This document shows, one piece after another, positions 1 through 9,882 of a DNA stretch of 64,000 nucleotides. Origin of the DNA: Minisyncoccota bacterium (GTDB lineage: Bacteria > Patescibacteriota > Minisyncoccia > Phycocordibacterales > UBA2100); the NCBI GenBank assembly GCA_035708165.1, contig DASSSZ010000005.1, forward strand, positions 40,719 to 104,718, written 5' to 3'. The first letter of the stretch is position 1; every line of letters begins with the position of its first letter. The position numbers and the translations under genes are program-made. Under the pieces are notes generated by a model. The model made no database searches. It had not been told where the DNA came from and saw only the letters and a list, made by a program, of their open reading frames with translations.

Positions 1-2
1 AC

Positions 3-1004
3 CTCGCAGAGACGACCGGCGGCCGCTATTTCAATATCAGCCTCTCCTCGGAGCACCATATCAATCCGTTCGACCTTGCCGTCCCGCGCGAGGACGAGAA
101 TCCGGCGGACGTGCTGCGGAGCAATATCATCTCGCTCGTGGGGCTGTTCCGCATCATGCTGGGCGGGCTCACGCCGGAGGAAGATGCCATCATCGACAAG
201 GCGATCACTGAGACGTACGCGCTCAAGGACATCACGGCGGATTCCAACTTCGCCGCGATCGAGCCGCCCTTGCTCTCCGATTTCGAGCTCGTGCTCTCCG
301 GCATGGAGGGGAGCGAATCGCTGGTGGCGCGGCTTTCGAAGTACACGAAGGGCACATGGTCCGGCTTCATGAACCGGCCGACGAACGTGGATATGAACAA
401 GCGCCTCGTCGTCTTCTCCGTGCGCGATATGGAAGACGACCTGAAGGCGGTCGCCATGTACATCATCACGCACCATATCTGGAACACTGTCCGCAAGGAG
501 CTCCGCAAGCGGCTGCTCGTGATCGATGAGGCCTGGTGGATGATGAAGTCCGAGGACACCGCATCCTTCCTCTTCGGGATCGCGAAGCGCGGCCGCAAGT
601 ACTATCTCGGCCTCTCCACGATCACGCAGGACGTCTCCGACTTCCTCTCATCGCCGTATGGCGTCCCGATGCTCACGAACTCCTCGATCCAGCTCCTCTT
701 GCGCCAGTCGCCGACCTCCGTCGACCTCGTGCAAGAGACTTTCAAGCTCTCCGACGAGGAGAAATATCTTCTCCTCGAGAGCGACGTGGGTGAGGGCATC
801 TTCTTCGCCGGCCTCAAGCACGTGGCTATCAAGATCATCGCGAGCTACACCGAAGACCAGATCATCACCTCCGATCCTTCGCAGATCCTTGCGATCAGGA
901 AGGCGAAGGAGGAGCTCGCGAACCAGGAGCCGGACGGCGCCGCCGCGGTGGAGGCGCCGGCCATGAGCGCGGCGGCGCAGCTCGCGGCGGGCGGCGAGAA
1001 CTAG
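3..1004 (+). CDS. VirB4/TraC-like ATPase, C-terminal part (5' truncated by window edge)
   Basis: Walker B LLVIDEAW, then RGRKYYLGLSTITQD and GEGIFF motifs typical of VirB4-family ATPases. Confidence 0.85.
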   Translation, partial: LAETTGGRYFNISLSSEHHINPFDLAVPREDENPADVLRSNIISLVGLFRIMLGGLTPEEDAIIDKAITETYALKDITADSNFAAIEPPLLSDFELVLSGMEGSESLVARLSKYTKGTWSGFMNRPTNVDMNKRLVVFSVRDMEDDLKAVAMYIITHHIWNTVRKELRKRLLVIDEAWWMMKSEDTASFLFGIAKRGRKYYLGLSTITQDVSDFLSSPYGVPMLTNSSIQLLLRQSPTSVDLVQETFKLSDEEKYLLLESDVGEGIFFAGLKHVAIKIIASYTEDQIITSDPSQILAIRKAKEELANQEPDGAAAVEAPAMSAAAQLAAGGEN

Positions 1005-1080
1005 CGCGCCGTGCGCCGGTGCGGCGCTTGATGCGACGTGCGCATCGCGCGGAATTCTCGTGCCGCGTATACTGCTTGGC

Positions 1081-1377
1081 ATGGAACCGATCACCCAGGG
1101 TACCGGCTTCGCCATGATCGCTGCGGCGCTCGTGGTGGACGGCCTCGAGCTCATCCCGGGCGTCGACATGATCGTGGACCCGATCGCGATGTTCCTGTTC
1201 GCGCACTGGTTCGCGCACCACGGCTACTCGCTGACCAGCAGGCGGCCATTCGGCTACTTCGGCACGGCGGTGATCGAATTCATCCCGTTCATCTCCATGA
1301 TTCCCGCGTGGCTCTTCCTCGTCTGGCTCTCTATCCGCGCACAGCGGCGCGAAGCAGCGCGCGAAGGGGCGGTATAA
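1081..1377 (+). CDS. small membrane protein
   Basis: Hydrophobic ORF (ELIPG...EFIPFISMIPAW); ATG 7 nt after TATACT. Confidence 0.7.
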   Translation: MEPITQGTGFAMIAAALVVDGLELIPGVDMIVDPIAMFLFAHWFAHHGYSLTSRRPFGYFGTAVIEFIPFISMIPAWLFLVWLSIRAQRREAAREGAV

Positions 1378-1384
1378 TGGGCGC

Positions 1385-2458
1385 GTGACCCGCACGCCCG
1401 CAACGCGCACCTGGCTCATCGCGTTCGCGACGATCGCGATCTTCATGCTGCCCGGCGGCTCGCAGGCGATCAGCCTCCCGCTCGGCCTCTCGGGGACGCA
1501 GTACCTGCTCTCGCTTGCCGAGTCGCCGGCTGCTCCGGCGCCTGGCGAGACAGTCTTGTTCACGCTCTCGAGTACGGCGATCGACCTGCCGAGCGCGACG
1601 ATCTCCTGGTACCTCGATGGCACAGCCGAAGCGAGCGGCGTGGGCGTGACGACGTTCGCGACGCAAAGCGGCGCCGCCGGCTCGACGCACACCGTCTCCG
1701 TGGTCGCGGAGGGATCGGACGGGACGGCTGCGGAAACGAAGGCGACGCTGCGGCCTGCCGCGGTCTCGCTCCAGTGGGAAGCGGATTCCTATGTCCCGCC
1801 GTTCTACCGCGGCCGCGCGCTCCCGGCAGCAGGCACGAGCGTCACGGTGCATGCCGACGCGCAGCTCGTCGGGAGCGGTGGCGCGGCGCTGCCGGCATCC
1901 TCGATCCGGTATCAGTGGAGCGTCAACGGCACTCCGCGTGCCGACCTCTCAGGGAACGGGCGGGATACCATCACGATCGCCGGACCCATGCCGCACGGCG
2001 CGCTCGTCGTGGCCGTGACCGCCTCCGCTGATGACGGTACCTACCAGGCAGCTGCGCAAACGCGGATCGCCGCCGTGACGCCCGTCCTCGATCTCTATGC
2101 GGCAGACCCGCTCCTGGGGATCCGGTACGGCGATGCGCTCTCGAACGGCTCCACGCTCTCCGCCGGAAAGGCGACGATCGCGCTCGCGCCGTACTACATG
2201 GCTGCCGCATCGCCTGATTCGTCCGCCCTGTCGTACCGCTGGGAGGTGAACGGCGATCCTGTCCTTGCTGATCCAGGCACGCCTTCGAGGCTCACGCTCG
2301 CCCTTTCAGGGGGCGCCGCCGGTGCCGCTGCGGTCTCGCTCGCGCTTTCCGATTCCTTGGCGGCATTCCAGTCGGCGAGCGGCGCCTGGCAGCTCATGGT
2401 CTCTGCCAATGCCGCATCCACGCCGTTCGGCTCTGCGGCTAAGGCGAACCCGTTCTAA
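1385..2458 (+). CDS. secreted protein with Ig-like beta-sandwich repeats
   Basis: N-terminal signal/TM; repeated Y-x-W-x-V/L-N/D-G motifs; GTG 6 nt after TATAAT. Confidence 0.7.
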   Translation: MTRTPATRTWLIAFATIAIFMLPGGSQAISLPLGLSGTQYLLSLAESPAAPAPGETVLFTLSSTAIDLPSATISWYLDGTAEASGVGVTTFATQSGAAGSTHTVSVVAEGSDGTAAETKATLRPAAVSLQWEADSYVPPFYRGRALPAAGTSVTVHADAQLVGSGGAALPASSIRYQWSVNGTPRADLSGNGRDTITIAGPMPHGALVVAVTASADDGTYQAAAQTRIAAVTPVLDLYAADPLLGIRYGDALSNGSTLSAGKATIALAPYYMAAASPDSSALSYRWEVNGDPVLADPGTPSRLTLALSGGAAGAAAVSLALSDSLAAFQSASGAWQLMVSANAASTPFGSAAKANPF

Positions 2459-2462
2459 TACC

Positions 2463-3779
2463 ATGCCTCGTCTCCCTCGCATCGATCTCGCTCGCTTCTA
2501 CCGCTACGCCATGCCCGTGACGGTCGCCGCGATCATCCTCATCCTGATCGCGCTCGGGATCTGGTTCCTGTACCTGCATGAGAAGCAGTCCGTCACGGAT
2601 GCCGTCTCCGCCGGGCGCGGCTTAGGGACGGACGTCTCGTCGGCGTTCCCGGGCGGCAGCGCGTATCAGAACGTCGTTTCCGCGGTCTCCAGCGTCTTCG
2701 GCGGCGGCACGAGCGCGACGAGCACGCCGGCCGGAGCGACGAAAGCGGCTCCGCAGCTCTGGGAAGTGGCGACCGCGCCCGCTGCCAGCATCACCTTCGC
2801 AAAGGACGGGACCAGCACCGTTGCTCGCTTCCTCGATGCGGCGAGCGGCAACATCTTCGATGCCGATCCGGCCACGAGCGTCATCGCGCGGCGCACGAAG
2901 ACGCTGATGCCGCGGATCGCGCAGGGTGCATGGTACGGCGAGGAAGGGGCCGTCCTGCGCTATGAGGACAATGCAGGCATCGAGACATTCTCCGGATCCA
3001 TCAATGCGGCGACCACCACCGGCTCGCTCTCCGCGACGGAAGCGCAGGCGCTCGCAGCGAACGGGCCGGGCGATCTCGAGGGCGCGATGCTCCCGCGCGG
3101 CATCCTCGATCTCGTCGCCGCCAGCAGCTCGATCTTCTATATCGCCCCGTATAACGGGGAGTACGCAGGCACGATCGCGAAACCGGACGGAAGCGACGCG
3201 AAGCGGATCTGGACCTCGCCCCTCGCAGAATGGCGCGCGCAGTTGGCGGGGAATCGTATTCTGCTCGTGCAGGCTGCATCCGAAGGAGTGACCGGATCGG
3301 CATACGAGCTCGGCACGGACGGCTCATCGAGCCTCGTGCTCGCCAACCTGCCAGGGCTCGCCGCGCGCGAGAATGCGACGACGCACGCGATCCTCTACAG
3401 CACCGTGGGCGGATCGGGTGCGATCACGCTTTCGGTGCGTGCATCGGATGGGAAGGTGCAGACGCTCCCGTTCGCGACGTTCGCTGATAAGTGCGCATGG
3501 GACCCGGCCGCGCCGTCTGTCGTCTACTGCGCCGTGCCGCACGCGATCCCGCAGGGGAGCGTGCTCCCAGACGCGTGGTATCGTGGCGAAGTCCACTTCG
3601 ACGATGCGATTTGGCGCTTCGATACCGCGACGGGCTCCGTCTCGCAGGCATACGACCCGCATGCCGCGAACCGCTCGCTTGATATACTGGATCCGATGGT
3701 GAGCCCGGATGGCACCTACTTGGCATTCCGCGATGCGGCAAGCGGCACCGGCTGGGTGCTCCGGCTCACGGCGAAGTGA
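2463..3779 (+). CDS. membrane-anchored extracellular protein, probable beta-propeller
   Basis: Single N-terminal TM; C-terminal SPDGTYLAF (TolB/PD40-like) motif. Confidence 0.7.
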   Translation: MPRLPRIDLARFYRYAMPVTVAAIILILIALGIWFLYLHEKQSVTDAVSAGRGLGTDVSSAFPGGSAYQNVVSAVSSVFGGGTSATSTPAGATKAAPQLWEVATAPAASITFAKDGTSTVARFLDAASGNIFDADPATSVIARRTKTLMPRIAQGAWYGEEGAVLRYEDNAGIETFSGSINAATTTGSLSATEAQALAANGPGDLEGAMLPRGILDLVAASSSIFYIAPYNGEYAGTIAKPDGSDAKRIWTSPLAEWRAQLAGNRILLVQAASEGVTGSAYELGTDGSSSLVLANLPGLAARENATTHAILYSTVGGSGAITLSVRASDGKVQTLPFATFADKCAWDPAAPSVVYCAVPHAIPQGSVLPDAWYRGEVHFDDAIWRFDTATGSVSQAYDPHAANRSLDILDPMVSPDGTYLAFRDAASGTGWVLRLTAK

Positions 3780-3780
3780 T

Positions 3781-5280
3781 ATGCGCGCACGACTCTTCCC
3801 ACCCCTGCTCATGTTCGCGCTCGCGGCGTGCATCGTAGCCGTCGCGTTGCCGCTTTCCGCCCATGCTGCCGTGCAGGCAGATTGCATCGATACGGCCGCT
3901 GGGTGCGCGACGGCAGGGAGTGCCGCCGGCGCATTCACGCCGCTTACTGATCTCTCGAACACCCCGTTCGCATCCCTGCTGACGGCGAACGAGACCCTCC
4001 CGAAGTTCCTCCGCTGGGCATTCAATTTCGCAATCAGTCTCGGCGCGCTCCTGGCTGTGATCGAGATCGCCTTCGGCGGCTGGCAGTACATGACCGCGGA
4101 AGCGTTCAATAAGAAATCGGATGCGCGCAAGCGCATCCAGAACGCACTCATCGGGCTCCTCATGCTGCTCTCGACCATACTCGTCCTCAATCAGATCAAT
4201 CCGCAGATCACCAGCCTCTCCCTCTTCGAGGACGCGGCACCCGCAGTCGCGCAGACTGGTACGACGGGTGCGACCGATACCGGGACGCTCACCCACGATC
4301 CTACGGGAAGCGGAAAGATCTGCGCGTACCAGGGCACCGACGCCAGCGGCGTCGCGTCATACCGCTGCTTCACGACGCTCGCTGCATGCGAATCCGTCAT
4401 CGGCGCCGCAGGGAATGCGTGCGTGCCATACAACTCCGAGGGTTCGGAAACGACCGCTCCGCTGCCAGGCGAGTACTGCGCGCCGGATGGCAAGACGCAG
4501 GCAGGCGGGAATGTGCTCACGACGCAGTATCGCTGCTTCAGCCAGCAGGCGGCCTGCGAGACAGCCATGCCGGACGCGACCTGTGTCTCCGGAGACTCGC
4601 TCAGCGATAGCTATACGAATGAAGCCTGGGTCACGCAGACCGAATGCAGCACGCGCGGCCCGGGCTGGCAGCCCGTCGCGCCGGCGCTCTGCGGCGCGAG
4701 TACTGCCGGCAGCGGGGTATGCTGCGGCATGGCGAGCACGGTGACGGTCCAAGGCAACGGCAGCCTCACTGGTCACGCGGCGCTTGTCACTGATTTCCCG
4801 GTAGGGTACTGGTGCGCTGACAATCAGGCCGGCGGCTTCGACTGCTTCGCGCAGCAAAGCGCATGCAGCGCGAAGTACTCGCAGGGCTGCGGGCAGTACG
4901 ATGTCGCGTTCCCGGCCGTAGATGCCTCCTCGCAGATTACCGCGCCGCTGTGGTGCGATATCGAGAACGATACGTATACGTGCTCCGCGAGCCAGGACAT
5001 CTGCACGAACACCTTCGGCAGCGCATGCAGCCAGGTTGAGCCGCAGCAGCAACAGCAGCAACAGACCGTGACGCAACAGGCTTACACCGATCCGCATTTC
5101 TATACTGATCTCCAGGTCGCCGAAGCAGGCGCAACCCCGTTGAATGAATGCGAGAGTCTCACTGGCAAGGCTGGCTACGAAGTGGCGCCCGCGAGCGTCT
5201 GCAGCAGCATCAATCTCCTGGGTTCGTCGGGCATCTGCTGCGGATTGGTCTCGTCGAGCGGACAGTCGGACGGGCAATAG
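3781..5280 (+). CDS. CPR T4SS-pilin (VirB2/TrbC-like) domain protein with long Cys-rich C-terminal extension
   Basis: Signal peptide, TM-GGWQYMT..ARKRIQNALIGL-TM-INP pilin pattern, then Cys-rich repeats (CF.....C) and a poly-Q run. Confidence 0.7.
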   Translation: MRARLFPPLLMFALAACIVAVALPLSAHAAVQADCIDTAAGCATAGSAAGAFTPLTDLSNTPFASLLTANETLPKFLRWAFNFAISLGALLAVIEIAFGGWQYMTAEAFNKKSDARKRIQNALIGLLMLLSTILVLNQINPQITSLSLFEDAAPAVAQTGTTGATDTGTLTHDPTGSGKICAYQGTDASGVASYRCFTTLAACESVIGAAGNACVPYNSEGSETTAPLPGEYCAPDGKTQAGGNVLTTQYRCFSQQAACETAMPDATCVSGDSLSDSYTNEAWVTQTECSTRGPGWQPVAPALCGASTAGSGVCCGMASTVTVQGNGSLTGHAALVTDFPVGYWCADNQAGGFDCFAQQSACSAKYSQGCGQYDVAFPAVDASSQITAPLWCDIENDTYTCSASQDICTNTFGSACSQVEPQQQQQQQTVTQQAYTDPHFYTDLQVAEAGATPLNECESLTGKAGYEVAPASVCSSINLLGSSGICCGLVSSSGQSDGQ

Positions 5281-5293
5281 GGAAGAGTCCGGG

Positions 5294-5335
5294 AGGAAAA
5301 AGTAATATCCATTAAAATGGATATTACTTTTTCCT
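5294..5335. repeat. AT-rich inverted repeat, 20-bp arms (bidirectional terminator or operator)
   Basis: AGGAAAAAGTAATATCCATT-AA-AATGGATATTACTTTTTCCT. Confidence 0.75.
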
Positions 5336-5395
5336 GCCATCGAATTTTCCCCACCGTGCGGTTGACCCTCAAGATGAGGAGTTCATACTGCCCCT

Positions 5396-8300
5396 ATGAG
5401 TGACACCGCGTTCCGCATGCACGCCATGCGCGATGAATACGCGTGTTTTCTGGCGGCCGTATGTGCCGCCCTCGTCTTTTCCCTTACGCCGCTGCTTGTG
5501 CACGCAGCCGATATCCATGCGATTGATCACCTGTTCACGGGCGGCGGGGCGGTCATCCATGATGGCGATACGGTTACGAGAGATTCATTCTCATCCCTGA
5601 GCCCTGTCTGGCAGGCGTATAGCGATTGGCCCTATGCCGTGCCGGATGGGCAGGGAGCGACGGCAGTCTTCCTCGGGACATTCGGGGATGTGGCTGGCGG
5701 GGCACTCTCTCCTGATGTGAACTACTACTATTACGACAATGGCGGGTACGGATGGCCGGCGGGAGACTCGGTCCAGGCATTCCATGCACCGTTTCCCGAG
5801 CTCGGTGCGCTCAATGCGCCGTCTGCGACCTATACCGTCATGCAAGCCAAGCTGGCGACCAGCTCGGCGCATGACTGGAAGTCTGCGATCGAGTGGTTCG
5901 CATCCGGCGGCGCGACTAGTACGCCGCCGGTCGATTACTCGTTCCTGACGTTCCATTACGTCGCGACAAGCTCGCCGGAATTGATCGCTGATGGCATTTC
6001 GAGCGTGAGGTATGAAGGATTGACGATTCATCCGAGCGATACGGTATACCTGGATGATCTTACGCCGCGTCCGGCGAGCGCCTATGCGACCGGGAATCCA
6101 TGGGACGTAGTGACTGATTGGCCGGGTGCTGTAAGCGGCGGGAATGATGCTGATATCTATCTGTTCCATGGTACGTTCGGGAACCTGGCAGGTGCGCCTG
6201 CGCTCGAGGAAAACTATTATGATCAGGAGATAAATATCCTCCCATCCGGGCAGCCTGATCGTGAAGCAACGCCATCCGGCAATACGTTCTTCGGGTCGTT
6301 CGGTTCCACGACGCCGGACGGGAATTATACGGTGATGGTCGATGAACGAGACCCGAAGGATGGCCCGCTTTCGGGTGCTGGCATTCCCGAATGGTTCGCA
6401 TCCGGCGGTGCGACGGGCACGCCGCCCCTCAAGTACGCCCTGCTGACGTTCACGTATAAGAAGTATCACGAGTGCTGCTCGAATGTGGCATTCCTGCCGG
6501 GCATCGAGGGAAGCGTTCTCAAGGAGGGGGATCAGACCGTCTGGCCGCCGCAGCTCCGTCACTCAGTCGACGATTTGGCCGCGCTCTCATTCAATCCGGA
6601 TGGTACGCCGACACGAGCTGATATCCAGGTCGCAGGAATCGTGAATCAGGCTGATATCGGCTTTTGGAATATACCGGGTATCGATACGGCACCTGATATC
6701 TACCAGGGCTTCACTGATCATATGAATAATCTCGTGACGAGCGGGACGATCAGGGAATGGAAGCCGCTGCCGTATGATTGGCGATTCTCTCCCGAGTACA
6801 TCGTATCGCATGACGTGATGGCAACGAGCGGGCCGGTGAGCCTGACATCTGAGGTCGAGCAACTTGCTGCTGATTCGCCGACTGGCAAAGTGACGCTGGT
6901 CGCGCACTCATACGGTGGTCTTGTCGGCAAGGCGCTCATTAAGGCGCTGATGGATAAGGATGAAGGTGGTCTTATTGATAATTACGTGATGATTGCATCG
7001 CCACAGGAGGGGACACCCCAAACAGTTGGTGAGATGTTGCACGGAGAGAGGGCCAATCTACCCATTCAGATTCCTGGTACTAGTATTAATATCGGAAGCC
7101 TCACAACAAAAACACAAGGACGAGCTCTCGGCATGTACTTGCCTATGGCCTATATTCTCCTTCCCTCCGCTAACTATCTTCAGGACGTGGCATATCAACC
7201 TGTCGAATTCGATGCCTCCGCGCCACAGACCCAGAGCTGGCGTGAGACATGGGGCTCCGCACTAAGTACGCTGCAGGAATTGGATGATTTCCTGACCGGG
7301 AACGGTCCGGATCGGGCAAGGCCTTCTGCGGACGATACGCAGGACCCGGCAGTGCTTGATGCCAGTCAGCTGCAAACTGCGCAGGCATACCATGCTGCGT
7401 TCGATGATTTTTCGTTCGCAAGTACGACGCATGTCATCCAGATTGCCGGGTGGGGGAATCCGACAATCCAAGGAATCCTGTATACGCAAGATCAAGGGAG
7501 GCTCGATTACCGTCCAATGCTGAGTCTGGAAGGGGATGATACGGTCATGGCTCCGAGCGCAGTATCGACCGAGACGAGCTCTACGAGCAGCTACTATTTC
7601 AATCTAAACGAATATCATGCCTTGACTGACCATTCGAGTGGGCATGCATTACTCCCGGCATCCGCACCGGTCCTTGTCGAGCTCGATACGATCATCCAGA
7701 AGCTGCCGATCGTCCTGAATCAGTATTTCACGGCTACGAAACCGGATCTCTCCAGCCTGCCGAAGGAGCTCCTGGCGAGCGTGCACTCTCCGCTCTCGCT
7801 CAGCGCAACCGATGCTTCGGGCAACTATACAGGCCTGACTCCTGGGCAGGATCCGGATACGGATATGCGCCTCATCACGAACGGGATACCAGGAAGCCGA
7901 TACCTCACGTATGGCGACGGCAAGTACCTCATTGTCCCCGAAGGGAACACCTACACCTTCTCGCTCGCCGGCATGGCGACCGGCCCTGCAACTATCGAAT
8001 TGCAGGAGATGGCGAACGGCACGACGACCACACTCGCGACCTATTCGGATGTTCCGGTCTCGACTACGACGAAGGCGACATTCACGATCACGGCGACAAC
8101 GACGACGCCAGATATCTCGCTCGATCAGAATGGGGACGGGGTGCCAGATGCGACTGTCGCACCTGATGGAAGCTCTCAGGCGCCAGACCAGATTGTCTCG
8201 GAACTCGAAGCGGCAATACAATCGCTCGATATCGCCAAGCGGTACGAGAAGGATCTATACAGGCAGGCAAAGAAGCTGGGAAAGCTCGTGACGAGGCTTG

Positions 8301-8596
8301 AGAAGGATGATGCGAAAGCCGCAAAGCAGCAAAGCCAACAGAAGCGACGCGCTAGCACGATTTCGCTCGGCAGTTTCTTCAACATCGCACCCATTCAATT
8401 CGATGTGCCGGATGGAGATTTCCTGGGAACATTATTCGATACGACAATGCACCGCACGGAGGTCAGTGCGATTCGCATCTCCACCGACGTGCTGAAGCAG
8501 GTGATTGAGCAGTATGCGCGCCGAAGCATCCTGACATCGTCTGATGAAAAGAAGCTGGATATATTGCTTGGCGATCTTATGGACGCGATACGATAA
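5396..8596 (+). CDS. large secreted alpha/beta-hydrolase (lipase/LCAT-like) with duplicated N-terminal domain
   Basis: Signal peptide; FLPGIEGS, PYDWR, LVAHSYGG nucleophile elbow, IASPQEGTP, GDDTV, H; two N-terminal repeats ending WFASGGAT.TPP..Y..LTF.Y. Confidence 0.8.
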   Translation: MSDTAFRMHAMRDEYACFLAAVCAALVFSLTPLLVHAADIHAIDHLFTGGGAVIHDGDTVTRDSFSSLSPVWQAYSDWPYAVPDGQGATAVFLGTFGDVAGGALSPDVNYYYYDNGGYGWPAGDSVQAFHAPFPELGALNAPSATYTVMQAKLATSSAHDWKSAIEWFASGGATSTPPVDYSFLTFHYVATSSPELIADGISSVRYEGLTIHPSDTVYLDDLTPRPASAYATGNPWDVVTDWPGAVSGGNDADIYLFHGTFGNLAGAPALEENYYDQEINILPSGQPDREATPSGNTFFGSFGSTTPDGNYTVMVDERDPKDGPLSGAGIPEWFASGGATGTPPLKYALLTFTYKKYHECCSNVAFLPGIEGSVLKEGDQTVWPPQLRHSVDDLAALSFNPDGTPTRADIQVAGIVNQADIGFWNIPGIDTAPDIYQGFTDHMNNLVTSGTIREWKPLPYDWRFSPEYIVSHDVMATSGPVSLTSEVEQLAADSPTGKVTLVAHSYGGLVGKALIKALMDKDEGGLIDNYVMIASPQEGTPQTVGEMLHGERANLPIQIPGTSINIGSLTTKTQGRALGMYLPMAYILLPSANYLQDVAYQPVEFDASAPQTQSWRETWGSALSTLQELDDFLTGNGPDRARPSADDTQDPAVLDASQLQTAQAYHAAFDDFSFASTTHVIQIAGWGNPTIQGILYTQDQGRLDYRPMLSLEGDDTVMAPSAVSTETSSTSSYYFNLNEYHALTDHSSGHALLPASAPVLVELDTIIQKLPIVLNQYFTATKPDLSSLPKELLASVHSPLSLSATDASGNYTGLTPGQDPDTDMRLITNGIPGSRYLTYGDGKYLIVPEGNTYTFSLAGMATGPATIELQEMANGTTTTLATYSDVPVSTTTKATFTITATTTTPDISLDQNGDGVPDATVAPDGSSQAPDQIVSELEAAIQSLDIAKRYEKDLYRQAKKLGKLVTRLEKDDAKAAKQQSQQKRRASTISLGSFFNIAPIQFDVPDGDFLGTLFDTTMHRTEVSAIRISTDVLKQVIEQYARRSILTSSDEKKLDILLGDLMDAIR

Positions 8597-8601
8597 CTTA
8601 T

Positions 8602-9078
8602 ATGAGCAAATCAAATCCATTTCTTCTTTTATCGCTCGGAATCTCGATAGCGATGATTGCTCTGGGGTATATTTTTGCTCACGCAAGTGCGTTTGGTTTA
8701 TGTCATGATGACCTAGCAAGAAATATCTTTGATATTTACTGTGACAACTTCTATTGGTACATCGGGAATGCTCTTATTTATGGCATGTCAGCTCTCGCAA
8801 TAGTCTTCTTCGCTCTCCTGCTCGTTCCCAAGGCATTCTCCTGGTGGTGGAAATTCGCAATCTGGTTCGTACCGCTTGATGGATTCATCCTCATTGGGGT
8901 TAGGCCGTCCGATGCGATTTTCAGTCTCGAGCCTTCGCCGGATGAGATGTACCTTCTATTCAGCGGGCTCTACGTCGTCATTTCGCTCATCATCATTATC
9001 GCAGCCTGGCTGTGGCGAAAACCCAGCATGGAGCTGAATAAGAACACACCCGGTCGTGAGAGTCGGATATTGGCTTGA
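8602..9078 (+). CDS. 4-TM membrane protein, putative immunity protein, cassette 1
   Basis: Low GC; starts 5 nt after the lipase stop; paralogue of 9883-10278 (LVP.AFSWWWKFAIW.VPL). Confidence 0.75.
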   Translation: MSKSNPFLLLSLGISIAMIALGYIFAHASAFGLCHDDLARNIFDIYCDNFYWYIGNALIYGMSALAIVFFALLLVPKAFSWWWKFAIWFVPLDGFILIGVRPSDAIFSLEPSPDEMYLLFSGLYVVISLIIIIAAWLWRKPSMELNKNTPGRESRILA

Positions 9079-9185
9079 AGAGCGGGCACTAGTGTTTTTC
9101 CTGCCAGGAGCGGTTCGCGCCTAGATGCGCAGAAGAAGCTGCATAACTTGCTTGAAGATCTTACGAACGCAGTACAATAAGGACC
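9030..9185 (+). repeat. inter-cassette repeat copy 1
   Basis: 38-bp block 9070-9107 is identical to 9760-9797; also homologous to 10271-10395. Confidence 0.9.
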
Positions 9186-9668
9186 ATGAATGCTCCATTT
9201 AATGACCTCCTGTTTTATTTCGTTCTTTTTTGCGCGCAATTTATTCCTTGGATTGTATTCCTGGGGGTTCCTGGGAAAAAAAGAGGAATCTCTCCGTCAC
9301 TTAGATGGATTTGGGCAACCCCGATTGCGGTTCTGACAATATTGGAAGTATTGGCGTATTTGGGATATGAATGGAGCCTCGGGATATTGTGGTTTATTTT
9401 TCCACTCCTTTTTTCCATTCTATCTACTGTAGTCTCATTATCTTATGTCTCACGACCCATTAAAGGACTGCGCCTGGCATTTCCGCTGATACTATTTTTC
9501 CAGGCTCTAGTGGCAATTTTCGCCTTTATCTTTGGTTATCTTGCAGCTGCGTTCTTTACGGGGATTGCATCTGTAATCAGTGGCGGAGCTTTCATGCAAG
9601 GGTTCGGATGGATTGTTCTACTTCCATTTTTATTAACTGGCAATTTTCAGATTAACTTTTGGATGTAA
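9186..9668 (+). CDS. multi-TM membrane protein, cassette 2
   Basis: Very low GC, highly hydrophobic; ATG 7 nt after TACAAT carried by the repeat. Confidence 0.75.
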   Translation: MNAPFNDLLFYFVLFCAQFIPWIVFLGVPGKKRGISPSLRWIWATPIAVLTILEVLAYLGYEWSLGILWFIFPLLFSILSTVVSLSYVSRPIKGLRLAFPLILFFQALVAIFAFIFGYLAAAFFTGIASVISGGAFMQGFGWIVLLPFLLTGNFQINFWM

Positions 9669-9726
9669 ATAACTCCGGCTCATGGGTGCGGTTTTTGTTT
9701 GAAGATATTTCAGGTCATACAAAACA

Positions 9727-9882
9727 AATAAGAAACACCCGGCTCGTGAGAGCCGGGTGTTGGCTTGAAGAGCGGGCACTAGTGTTTTTCCTGCCAGTAA
9801 CGGTTTCGAACTCATTCGAATTCAGATGCGCTGAAGCTGCATAATTTGCTTGAAGAGCTAAAAAGCACAGTACAATGAGAAC
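9727..9882 (+). repeat. inter-cassette repeat copy 2 (hairpin CACCCGGCTC-GTGA-GAGCCGGGTG plus -10 TACAAT)
   Basis: Aligns directly with copies 1 and 3; a degenerate partial copy lies at ~9668-9705. Confidence 0.9.

Noticed and set aside
5044-5064. Poly-Gln and poly-Gly tracts as phase-variation switches (also ~37088 and 40330-41040)
   Set aside because: In-frame mixed-codon repeats that would not shift the reading frame
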